A stretch of DNA of 32,000 nucleotides. Source: Acaryochloris marina MBIC11017. Lineage in GTDB: Bacteria > Cyanobacteriota > Cyanobacteriia > Thermosynechococcales > Thermosynechococcaceae. Under the pieces are notes generated by a model, which had not been told where the DNA came from, did no database searches, and worked only from the letters and a program-made list of their open reading frames with translations. This document shows positions 17,143 to 25,086 of the stretch, in pieces (positions within the stretch are counted from its first letter, which is position 1; every line of letters starts with the position of its first letter). Location: contig NC_009925.1 in NCBI RefSeq assembly GCF_000018105.1, positions 6,471,725 through 6,503,724 of the forward strand. The letters are read 5' to 3'. The translations under genes and the position numbers were made by a program.

Positions 17143-19605
17143 CTAAAACTGAGGTGGCAATTCTGCTGGTGGTGGCGAATTACGATCGCGGGGTACGGGC
17201 TGAATACCGCCGGGTGGATCGGGTAAAGGCGGAGCAGGTGCTGCCGCTGCGTTGGGATCTACCCCAGGAGCTGCCGCTGGAGGAGTTGAATTATTCGCCT
17301 CAGCACTTACGGGGGCATCGGACGCTTGAGCCACTGGAGCAGGAGGTGCCACAGTTTCAATCACCACGGATCGATTTTGTTGTTCACCTTTGGCATTCGT
17401 GACTTGCAGGGTTAGGGTTTGGGTGGCAGAGGTGGGGCCAAACGATAAATTTGCCTTGCCCTGGAGGGGAACAGTCCCTGGCGCAGGCAGTAAATTGACC
17501 TTAGTATTTTTACTCCCTTTAACCTTCCAGGATACCTTCACGATCAACGGCGTTTGATCTTTAAGGGCAAACACATATTTGGGTTTCGCAATCTGGCCAT
17601 TAATTTTGAATTCCTGGATTTGTACTGGCCCAGGCTGAATCTGGATCGGCTCGGTTTTTTGAATAATCGGAGATGGCTCTGCAGGCGGATTAGCCTGGGT
17701 GGGTTTCGGGGCGACTTTGAGCTCAAAGGTATAGGTCCCGGCGTCTTGAACCCCAGTTGGTACATTCAGACAAACTAGGGTTTGGACGTCCAAACGACAA
17801 TTTTTTTGTAGGGACTGGGGAATACCTTGAGTGAAGTCAAATATTTTGGGAGCTGTGACTGGTGCATTATCTGCTCCCCGACCAATTAGTGTCACTTTGG
17901 TTCCTTTGGCCTGGGTGATTTTCCAGTTCAGAAAAATCCCTGATGGTCCCCTTGGGGGAACCTGACCAATGGGTTCTGTATAGGTGGTCTTTGTGGATTC
18001 AAATTGTTGAATTTGAGGGGGAGGGAAGGGTTGAACCACAATTGCCTCTGTTTTGGCCGCAATGGGTTGAGGGACGCCCTCGGGTTGAGGGGAGAGAGAC
18101 AGCTCAAACCGATAGGTGCCAGGTTTGCGTGCATCCGTGGGCACCTGCTGACACCGCAGGACCTCAGTTAGGGTACAAAAATGGCTAAGGTCTGAGGGTA
18201 TTCCCTTTTGGAAATCGTAGATAAAGGGACCACTCATCACGACCCCGTCAGGAGAAACTCCTTTCAGTTGAAGCTGCTTGAATTTCTGAGGATTTTTTAT
18301 GGTCCAGTTCAGTTCAATGGGACGACCATCGGCCTCTTTGAGGGTATAGGTTGCTGGGGCAAAGCTGATAATCTCGGCTCGGGCTGGGGGACGGGTCAGT
18401 AACCACCATACGAGTAAGGCAATCCCAACTAAGGTGCCAAACAGGGTCAAAATAACCAGCAATAATTGCCACCAAGGTCGAGGTTCCCAAATCAATGCTC
18501 CTTGAAAGCGATTATTGGCAAGGGGGAGTTGCTGGGCATCTTCCAACTCCAGGGCAAAGTTGAGGGGGCGACCATAAAAGGGGCGCTTCCACCATTTGGT
18601 GGGCTGAACTTCTAAGCTGACCTTGGTCGAGGCATGGGGTAATAAATGGACTTGGGTGGGGTTAAGAGTATAGTCGCAGAGTTCTTCCGCATCTAGATTT
18701 TGGACCTGTAAATTGAGAGTTCGTGGGGTATTTCCAGCATTGTGAAGCCGTAGTTCAAACCATCCGGACTGGTTCTTGACTTGGCTGACCAGGGAAATAA
18801 GCTCGATATCAACCTGGTAAATCGGTAAAACTTGTAAATAAACCGCTTCCAACAACACCAGTTCCGGGTTGTTCATGGAAAACAGGCGGATGGTGGGGGT
18901 ATAAATGCCTGCATCCGTACCTAGGGGCGGCTGAATCAAGACCTGAATTTGGCCCGTATCCCCTGGGTTGAGTTCCAGGGCTTCACTGGCAATCACAACG
19001 CCGGTTTGCGGTCCTTCTGGATAAATAATCTTGACCCATTCGGTAGGCAGGTCTGGACAGATTAAGCGGAATCGATCGACGCGATCGCATCGGTTATCCA
19101 CCAGCACCGTTAAGGCCAACGCATCTCCAGTTTGTAAAGGCAGGGGAGACTCGGCCGTGGTGGTTGGGGTGATGCCTAAAACCGGATTGCTGACTTCTGC
19201 CGTTTCCCGGATGTAGGACAGCACCTGTAGCCGAGCCGGATAGCGGATCGGCGTCTCTTCTGGGTAATGTTTGGGGGCATCAATCACTAAGGTATAGGGA
19301 TAAAAGCCCGGTAGGGTTTCCGTTGGCACCTGAATACGGAAGAACACCTCGCTACTTTCTCCAGGGTTTAGGGCCAGACTTTCCCGGGAGGAGGTACACC
19401 ATTGGCTGACGATATCCGTGGGGTCTGTGATATCGATGTGGATAATGGCACTGTGGATTCCATCATTGGTGACGGTCACACTCAGTTCGAAAATTTCCCC
19501 CGCCTGAATCGCCACATCGCCGGATGGGTTGCGGATAATGCCCAAGGGATTGCCCACTTTCTGGGCTTGCAGGCCAATTTGATCAATTTGGGTGAGGTCT
19601 GTCAT
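17143..19605 (-). CDS. Single-pass membrane protein: three N-terminal beta-sandwich-like modules, a TM helix, three Ig-like repeats and a Pro/Ala-rich tail
   Basis: 820 aa.
- The TM helix PWWQLLLVILTLFGTLVGIALLVWWLL spans about aa 378-403 (nt 18397-18474).
- The N-terminal part has repeated ...NPGES.EVFFRIQVP-type strands, resembling CARDB/NEW3-like modules.
- After the TM there are three roughly 110-aa repeats. Two of them carry a conserved Cys pair (HFCTLTEVLRCQQVP and KNCRLDVQTLVCLNVP).
- The tail is APPAPVAQ...PPLPDPPGG...PPPAELPPQF. Confidence 0.8.
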   Translation of the reverse strand: MTDLTQIDQIGLQAQKVGNPLGIIRNPSGDVAIQAGEIFELSVTVTNDGIHSAIIHIDITDPTDIVSQWCTSSRESLALNPGESSEVFFRIQVPTETLPGFYPYTLVIDAPKHYPEETPIRYPARLQVLSYIRETAEVSNPVLGITPTTTAESPLPLQTGDALALTVLVDNRCDRVDRFRLICPDLPTEWVKIIYPEGPQTGVVIASEALELNPGDTGQIQVLIQPPLGTDAGIYTPTIRLFSMNNPELVLLEAVYLQVLPIYQVDIELISLVSQVKNQSGWFELRLHNAGNTPRTLNLQVQNLDAEELCDYTLNPTQVHLLPHASTKVSLEVQPTKWWKRPFYGRPLNFALELEDAQQLPLANNRFQGALIWEPRPWWQLLLVILTLFGTLVGIALLVWWLLTRPPARAEIISFAPATYTLKEADGRPIELNWTIKNPQKFKQLQLKGVSPDGVVMSGPFIYDFQKGIPSDLSHFCTLTEVLRCQQVPTDARKPGTYRFELSLSPQPEGVPQPIAAKTEAIVVQPFPPPQIQQFESTKTTYTEPIGQVPPRGPSGIFLNWKITQAKGTKVTLIGRGADNAPVTAPKIFDFTQGIPQSLQKNCRLDVQTLVCLNVPTGVQDAGTYTFELKVAPKPTQANPPAEPSPIIQKTEPIQIQPGPVQIQEFKINGQIAKPKYVFALKDQTPLIVKVSWKVKGSKNTKVNLLPAPGTVPLQGKANLSFGPTSATQTLTLQVTNAKGEQQNRSVVIETVAPPAPVAQASDAPVSAEANNSTPPAAAPGVDPNAAAAPAPPLPDPPGGIQPVPRDRNSPPPAELPPQF

Positions 19606-19621
19606 GAGCTTTAATCATCCA

Positions 19622-21865
19622 TTAGGGTTTGCCACAGGGGAGAGTTTGTCGCTGTATTCGGGACTGAACGTCTTTGACCGTGGTGGAAAATAAGCGAACT
19701 TGTGTATCATCGCTGCCGCTCAGCACGAGGATCTTGCCACCAATCACCTTCAGGTCCACACTGTTGATGCGATCGGAGGAACGGGGATGCAGAATATTTT
19801 GAAAGAAGTTTGCCATGCTAACGGTAGAGGGTTCATACAGTTCAATCCCCTCTCGGAATTCAGGATCTCGTTGACCATTGGGCAACAAGGGCCACAGCAT
19901 GACCCGACCATCATCACCCCCGCTGGCTAGGTAACAGCCATCGTCACTCATAGACACGGATCGCACGGGCTGTGTAGCCTCACTATGGGACCAGATTTCA
20001 GGCTTTAGGGTTTTGCAGGTGGTCGAATCCTGAAGGCAGGGGGCTAAATTCCACAGGGTAATATTGCCTTGGGTATCTGCGGTAGTCAGGAGCGTTGGCG
20101 TATCACGAGCTGTATCAATGCTTTGAATATAGTCGCGGTTGGTGCCTGATTCGGGATAGATAAGGGGCTCTAGGGCTTGTTTGGACTGCCAATTCCATAA
20201 GACCAACTGATTTTGTTGACCTGCGATCGCAAGCCACTGATCTGGATTTCCTAACAGCACTGAATCGTAGATGGCGAAAGGCATTTTTTGCTCTTTGAAG
20301 ATTTTGCGCTGTTGAGCTGTCCTCTGGGTTGCCCAGACAACAATCGTGCCACTGCCATGACTACTGAACAAATAGCGAGAGTCTTGACTAAACTCCACAT
20401 CCAAAACGCGATCAGCTTTTTCGTAGCTAAAGGTTTGCAGCGGATCTGTATGATCCGTATTTAAATCCCATAACTGAATTTGGCCATTTTCCAGACCCAC
20501 CGCCACCAAATCGTTATTGACAGGGCGATAGGTAATCCCACGAATGGCTTTTTGTTGCTGAGCCAACTGTTTGCCCCGCTGAATAATATTTTCCAAATAG
20601 GGGAAAGCCCACCAAGCGCTGAGTCCTTGCACACTCCAACGAATCGCCGTCGTATCGTTAGAACTGGACACAGCCTGATCCGCAATACCGTTAAAGGCGA
20701 CGGAGGTCACGGCCCCCCGATGACCATAATTGCGGTTGTATTGATTAAAGGGAGAAATCCACCATAGCCATACCCCGCCTACCAAAGCCATTAAGATCAC
20801 CAGCCACAACGGGATCCGAGGTTTAACTTTTAGTTGGAGAACATGGGTTTCATCGCGACTATCAATGCGTTCGACATTTGACCAAACGGCCTCCACTTGT
20901 ATGGTATGTCGCTTGGAAAAGCCCAACCAGTGGCGATCAGCTTCAGCAATCAACGAAAGTTTGCCAGAATCACCCAATCCCAACTTGATATTGTCTGGCA
21001 TTACCTCAAAGGTGCAGTGAGGGGGGGGATCGACGATCTCTGCTTGGGCATGTTGATATAGGTTACTGTTATTTTCAAATTGCAACTCATAGATAACCGG
21101 AGGAGATTGCCAAAACTTCAATTGAAACTGCTCTGGAATGCAATGTTCCTCTGGCTGGGCCTGAAAGGCCACAAAACCTAAGGGATCAATTTTCAAGTGT
21201 CCTTCAATTTGAGTGGGTGGCCCATAGGCATGACTCGCCTCAACCTGGAACCGATAGCCATGACTAGGAGCCTGCACCGGATCAGCAGGTACTTTACAGT
21301 TAAAGGTGGTTTGCACCCGTCCTCCAGGAGCCAGTTTTACTGTTTGCTCGTTGCCTTCCGGGAACCAACTGGCATCAATGCCTTGGAGACTGACGGTTGC
21401 AGTCGTTTTTAACTGACTGGGGTTACTGACCCATACCGGAATTTGAATTTCCTCTCCTGGATCAGCATCAAAATCTTCAACGGGTAAATTGAGCCCCAAG
21501 GGCACTGCCCCTGTTCCCTGCGCCAGAGTGAGCTTTAGAGATTCCCGTTCTTCTTCCTGCAGTTCAATGGAAAACACCCTTACAGCTAAGCTCATTAAGC
21601 CCACAAACCCTGGCACGGGACTATCGGTGATCTCAATTTGGAATTGGGTCGTATCTCCAGGAGGATTTTTACTACTAATGTCTGGTGAAACGTGATACCA
21701 TTTGCGCCCAGCTAGATGATTGGTCCCTGCAGCTGAGACCTCAAGCTGGAAACTGGCATATCGATCGCTGTGATTGACCACCTCCACGGCAAAGGCAGAG
21801 GGAGGACCTCCAGGGGTAAAGGCCAACTGCTTGGGTAATACTTGGGTGGCAAGCTGCTTTTCCAT
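19622..21865 (-). CDS. Single-pass membrane protein: N-terminal beta-sandwich-like modules, a TM helix and a seven-bladed WD40 propeller
   Basis: 747 aa.
- The TM helix IPLWLVILMALVGGVWLWWI spans about aa 351-370 (nt 20756-20815), with K/K/R on its N-terminal side.
- The C-terminal half has about seven WD40-like blades: GHRGAVTSVAF...IRWSV, ...GQIQLWDL, ...GTIVVWA, ...NQLVLWNW, ...GNITLWNL, PVRSVSMSDDGCYLASGGDDGRVMLWPL and ...GSDDTQVRLFS. Confidence 0.85.
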   Translation of the reverse strand: MEKQLATQVLPKQLAFTPGGPPSAFAVEVVNHSDRYASFQLEVSAAGTNHLAGRKWYHVSPDISSKNPPGDTTQFQIEITDSPVPGFVGLMSLAVRVFSIELQEEERESLKLTLAQGTGAVPLGLNLPVEDFDADPGEEIQIPVWVSNPSQLKTTATVSLQGIDASWFPEGNEQTVKLAPGGRVQTTFNCKVPADPVQAPSHGYRFQVEASHAYGPPTQIEGHLKIDPLGFVAFQAQPEEHCIPEQFQLKFWQSPPVIYELQFENNSNLYQHAQAEIVDPPPHCTFEVMPDNIKLGLGDSGKLSLIAEADRHWLGFSKRHTIQVEAVWSNVERIDSRDETHVLQLKVKPRIPLWLVILMALVGGVWLWWISPFNQYNRNYGHRGAVTSVAFNGIADQAVSSSNDTTAIRWSVQGLSAWWAFPYLENIIQRGKQLAQQQKAIRGITYRPVNNDLVAVGLENGQIQLWDLNTDHTDPLQTFSYEKADRVLDVEFSQDSRYLFSSHGSGTIVVWATQRTAQQRKIFKEQKMPFAIYDSVLLGNPDQWLAIAGQQNQLVLWNWQSKQALEPLIYPESGTNRDYIQSIDTARDTPTLLTTADTQGNITLWNLAPCLQDSTTCKTLKPEIWSHSEATQPVRSVSMSDDGCYLASGGDDGRVMLWPLLPNGQRDPEFREGIELYEPSTVSMANFFQNILHPRSSDRINSVDLKVIGGKILVLSGSDDTQVRLFSTTVKDVQSRIQRQTLPCGKP

Positions 21866-21868
21866 AGT

Positions 21869-23602
21869 CTAGATAGGGGGTAACTGAGATTGCAGTCGGT
21901 CTCGAATCCAGTTCAGACTTGAGATTTGATGTCCCTGCCATTCAGGTTTTCGTTGCCATAAAACATTGGCCGTTATATTCACTAAATGGGGATAGCGTTT
22001 GAGCAGCTTCAGCAGATCTGACGTTTCGACAATAAATAAACTGGTTTGGTAAAACGTTTGCCCTTTAATAGGGGGAAGATTGTCGAATAGCAAGCTGAGA
22101 TCTCCCCAACAATTACCCGCCGTCAAGGTGATGCTCTGATCAGTGAATTGAAGACCGCCGAAGATCACGAAATAGACTTTGCCGGATTCGGGTATCAAGG
22201 ATTCTTCCGCAGCCAGGTTTTGGCGATAGCCTCGATCTAAAAGCTGCTGGAACTGGATTTCAGGCCAATTTTGAAAATAATCTACCTGTCTAAGAACGTC
22301 GGCGAGTTGCGTTTGGCGATGCAGGAGGCGATTACCCAATTGAGGAAATTGGCGCAGCAGCCGCTGAAAAGCCTGATCCTCAATGACAAAAAGCGTGGTT
22401 TGTTCAACCGCCAGGATGGTATTTTGGCGGGCAACCCCAGAAAGTAAAGCCGTTTCACCAAATGCATCCCCGGAAACCCATTTATTTCCTTGTCGTTCAG
22501 GATGATCCATCTGGGACTGAATCACCCCGTTGAGAATGATATAAAATACTTGACCCAGCTCTCCTGCTCGAAAGATCACTTCTCCCGGCTCGTACTGGCG
22601 CTGATAGCCACAAGCGATTAAATCTTGAAGTTGATTTTCCGAAAAGTCCTGGAGAAAATCTACACTTTGCAAACACCGGAGTAAATCTAAATCCTGAGAT
22701 TGTCCCAGTTGTTGCCGGACTTGGCGCGATTTTGCTAAAAGCTCGTGGGTATAGGGGATCTGAATTTGGCTTAATAACGCCTGGACAGAGTTAGGGACGG
22801 TATTGGGGGTGGCGACTGAAGTTTGTTGAGAGCTAGAAGGGCGATGGTAAACGTTGGTGAATAAGTGGTGTAAAGCTCCTGCCAATTGACCAATTTCATC
22901 CTTATGTCGGGCATGGTGGTGCAAATGTTGAATTTCAGTGCTGGATTCATCCAGAGGTCGAATCGGAGCTTGCCGAAGCTGATGAGCTAATTGAGTGATG
23001 GGTTGGATCGGTTTTAAGACGGTTCGTCGAACTAAGTCATTCACTAACAACAGAATTAGGCCCAATAAGACGACCAACGTCCCCATCTCCATCCAAAAGT
23101 TGGCGTTCGCTAACTCTTTTACAGGCGCGGAAGGAATAAAAACGGCTTGAATTTGCAGGGTGCCATCCTGATCTAGACGTTGGGCAAAATAATAGTTTTC
23201 CTGGTCAGCATGGGTGATATAGCCGGATATAGTTTCTTGGTCGATCTGTTTCTGGAATTGGGTTTTGAGGGCTTCGGCTAGCTCATCTATATCCGGGAGC
23301 ATCGTGTCAGAGTTTGGCACCAAGACTTTGTAACACAAGGAGGGTTGAGTCTCGCACAAGGTGGAAACGACTGGGTAAGCCTCAGAAGCAGAATCATCCT
23401 GTTTGAGCTGATCCACCAACGCCATCAAGAGTTGCCCCCGAGACTCCAGCTCGTGATCAGCCTGTCTATGAACAGATTGATGAACGATCACCCCTGCAAT
23501 TCCGGTCGTGGCCATAAAAACCATTGACAGAATAAGGCTGAATTTGGTGGTTAGGTTTAACCGTCGCCACTGACGTTGTAAGGCGCTGGCAATATAAGGC
23601 AT
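21869..23602 (-). CDS. Two-TM membrane protein with a HAMP domain and two cyclic-nucleotide-binding domains, no output domain
   Basis: 577 aa.
- TM1 is FSLILSMVFMATTGIAGVIV.
- A loop of about 130 aa follows, then TM2 MEMGTLVVLLGLILLLV.
- The HAMP-like segment is LKPIQPITQLAHQL...DEIGQLAGALHHLF.
- cNMP domain 1 has GEVIFRAGELGQVFYIILNG and the phosphate-binding cassette FGETALLSGVARQNTILA.
- cNMP domain 2 has a degenerate cassette (WGDLSLLFDNLPPIKGQ). Confidence 0.85.
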   Translation of the reverse strand: MPYIASALQRQWRRLNLTTKFSLILSMVFMATTGIAGVIVHQSVHRQADHELESRGQLLMALVDQLKQDDSASEAYPVVSTLCETQPSLCYKVLVPNSDTMLPDIDELAEALKTQFQKQIDQETISGYITHADQENYYFAQRLDQDGTLQIQAVFIPSAPVKELANANFWMEMGTLVVLLGLILLLVNDLVRRTVLKPIQPITQLAHQLRQAPIRPLDESSTEIQHLHHHARHKDEIGQLAGALHHLFTNVYHRPSSSQQTSVATPNTVPNSVQALLSQIQIPYTHELLAKSRQVRQQLGQSQDLDLLRCLQSVDFLQDFSENQLQDLIACGYQRQYEPGEVIFRAGELGQVFYIILNGVIQSQMDHPERQGNKWVSGDAFGETALLSGVARQNTILAVEQTTLFVIEDQAFQRLLRQFPQLGNRLLHRQTQLADVLRQVDYFQNWPEIQFQQLLDRGYRQNLAAEESLIPESGKVYFVIFGGLQFTDQSITLTAGNCWGDLSLLFDNLPPIKGQTFYQTSLFIVETSDLLKLLKRYPHLVNITANVLWQRKPEWQGHQISSLNWIRDRLQSQLPPI

Positions 23603-23606
23603 AGCA

Positions 23607-24989
23607 CTAGGAGGTAGATGCTGCAGGTGTAGCTAGAAGTTGACGATAATGCTGGCGTTGCCAAGCATAGTGAAGGATATTGGTGCCAAACTCCTGGGCC
23701 GTGCGAATCTGGTCTCGGGCAAACCCTTCTTTGCTGCCGCCGCCCCAAACCACTGATAAATCGCCCACCAACATCAGCAGATGGTCACTGAAAAACAGTT
23801 CGACCGGCTGTTGGTTGACGATGGGTAACGCACCAAATTGAAAGGGTTGGCATCGAATGGGATGGTCTGCTGGCATGGTTTGCAGAGACTGTAGAGGCTG
23901 CCCCAATTGCTCAGCTAAGGTTCGAAAAGGGAGTCCTGTTTCATTCAGCTTGGCACTGAGAGCAGTTTGAGTAGCAGATAATTCGCGGGTAATATCTTGG
24001 CGCAACGGTTGGAGAGTCTGATGATCGGCAGATGCCCCCAACGCCTGTGAACGATCGATTTGAGACAGAGCTGTTTGTAGTTGGGCTTTAACGGTAAATA
24101 GTTCTGCTAACTGAGTGCCCCGAACTGAGACTTCAACCCACAAAAATCCCCCTTGCATGAGGAAATATCGGAGCGATCGCACTTGCACATCCGTTAAAGA
24201 TTGAGCCGATTGTGTCTGCAGGTACAGCACATCGTAATCCCTGAGATCAACCGCTTGGTTGCGATCCACCAGCTCAATGGGATGAGGCGCATCCACGGCC
24301 AGCAGATTGGGATACAGCACCTCAATAGATCTAAGAAAGGCTTGGAAATTAGTGATTGACTGCTGATTCTGAGGGGAGGGCGCAATGGGACTGACTTGAG
24401 CGATCTGGAGCACGGCTTGAGGACGAGATCGCGGCTGTCGTCGATACCGCAAATCCACCTGGTTAATTTGGGGAAAGAAGGGATCCGTCGGAAGCTCTAG
24501 CTGAGCTTGGGTATCAATGACGATCCGACAAATCTCAACTTCTCCGGGGCCGGGGGGATGGGTCTTTTCATCAATTCGAAACACCTCTGTCAGCACAGGG
24601 TTTTCCTCAGATTGCTGAAGTTGTTCTGGATCGACGTATTGGAGAACTAAATAGATGGTGGTCGGTTGCTCCACCCGAGAAGCAATCCTAAAGTCGATGG
24701 GCTCAGGGACTACGATGCAATTGCCTTGGTCATCAATGGCCATTCCCGGTTGAACCTGCAGCCATCGTTGGTCTTGAAACGGCTGGGAGATTTTGTCCGG
24801 TGGGGAAATGGGATGGATGCCTAACCCACAGACAATCCCCGGCTGATGGAGGGATTGGTAATACAAACTCTGGCGTTGGCGATGGTAATCATAGGCCAAC
24901 CGCCAACGCTCAGCATTAATCAACAGCCCATCCGTTACCCGCAGACGTTGCAGGGGTTGAACCGGGGGAGTGGGTGGTGAGTAGGTCAT
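23607..24989 (-). CDS. CIS-associated protein of unknown function with a possible DUF4159-like C-terminal half
   Basis: 460 aa, and its stop is 4 nt from the next start. The N-terminus is LRVTDGLLINAERWRLAYDYHRQRQSLYYQSLHQPGIVCGLGI. The central segment YDVLYLQTQSAQSLTDVQVRSLRYFLMQGGFLWVE resembles the DUF4159 signature (...LY..G...F.L.....LR.YL..GGFL..D). It occupies the slot directly after the gpI-like gene. Confidence 0.65.
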   Translation of the reverse strand: MTYSPPTPPVQPLQRLRVTDGLLINAERWRLAYDYHRQRQSLYYQSLHQPGIVCGLGIHPISPPDKISQPFQDQRWLQVQPGMAIDDQGNCIVVPEPIDFRIASRVEQPTTIYLVLQYVDPEQLQQSEENPVLTEVFRIDEKTHPPGPGEVEICRIVIDTQAQLELPTDPFFPQINQVDLRYRRQPRSRPQAVLQIAQVSPIAPSPQNQQSITNFQAFLRSIEVLYPNLLAVDAPHPIELVDRNQAVDLRDYDVLYLQTQSAQSLTDVQVRSLRYFLMQGGFLWVEVSVRGTQLAELFTVKAQLQTALSQIDRSQALGASADHQTLQPLRQDITRELSATQTALSAKLNETGLPFRTLAEQLGQPLQSLQTMPADHPIRCQPFQFGALPIVNQQPVELFFSDHLLMLVGDLSVVWGGGSKEGFARDQIRTAQEFGTNILHYAWQRQHYRQLLATPAASTS

Positions 24990-25010
24990 GGAGGAACTAG
25001 GGTGAGATTA

Positions 25011-25083
25011 GAATTGATAGGTGTAAATAGACAGGAATTAATAGGTGCAAATTTAAGGAGCAAGAATTAATAGGTGTGAAATA
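25011..25083. repeat. Three direct repeats with core GAATTRATAGGTG in an operon-internal spacer
   Basis: The copies are:
- GAATTGATAGGTGTAAATA (25011)
- GAATTAATAGGTGCAAATT (25035)
- GAATTAATAGGTGTGAAATA (25064)
They fill most of the 97-bp AT-rich gap between the gpI-like gene and the 460-aa gene. Confidence 0.6.
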
Positions 25084-25086
25084 AAA

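Noticed and set aside
17143-21865. Interpretation of the 747-aa and 820-aa proteins as tail fibres or as secreted CIS effectors
   Set aside because: Each has a single strongly hydrophobic, Trp-flanked TM helix in the middle and no N-terminal signal. They show no fibre-like repeats and no recognisable toxin domain. I found no identifiable cargo or effector gene in the window.
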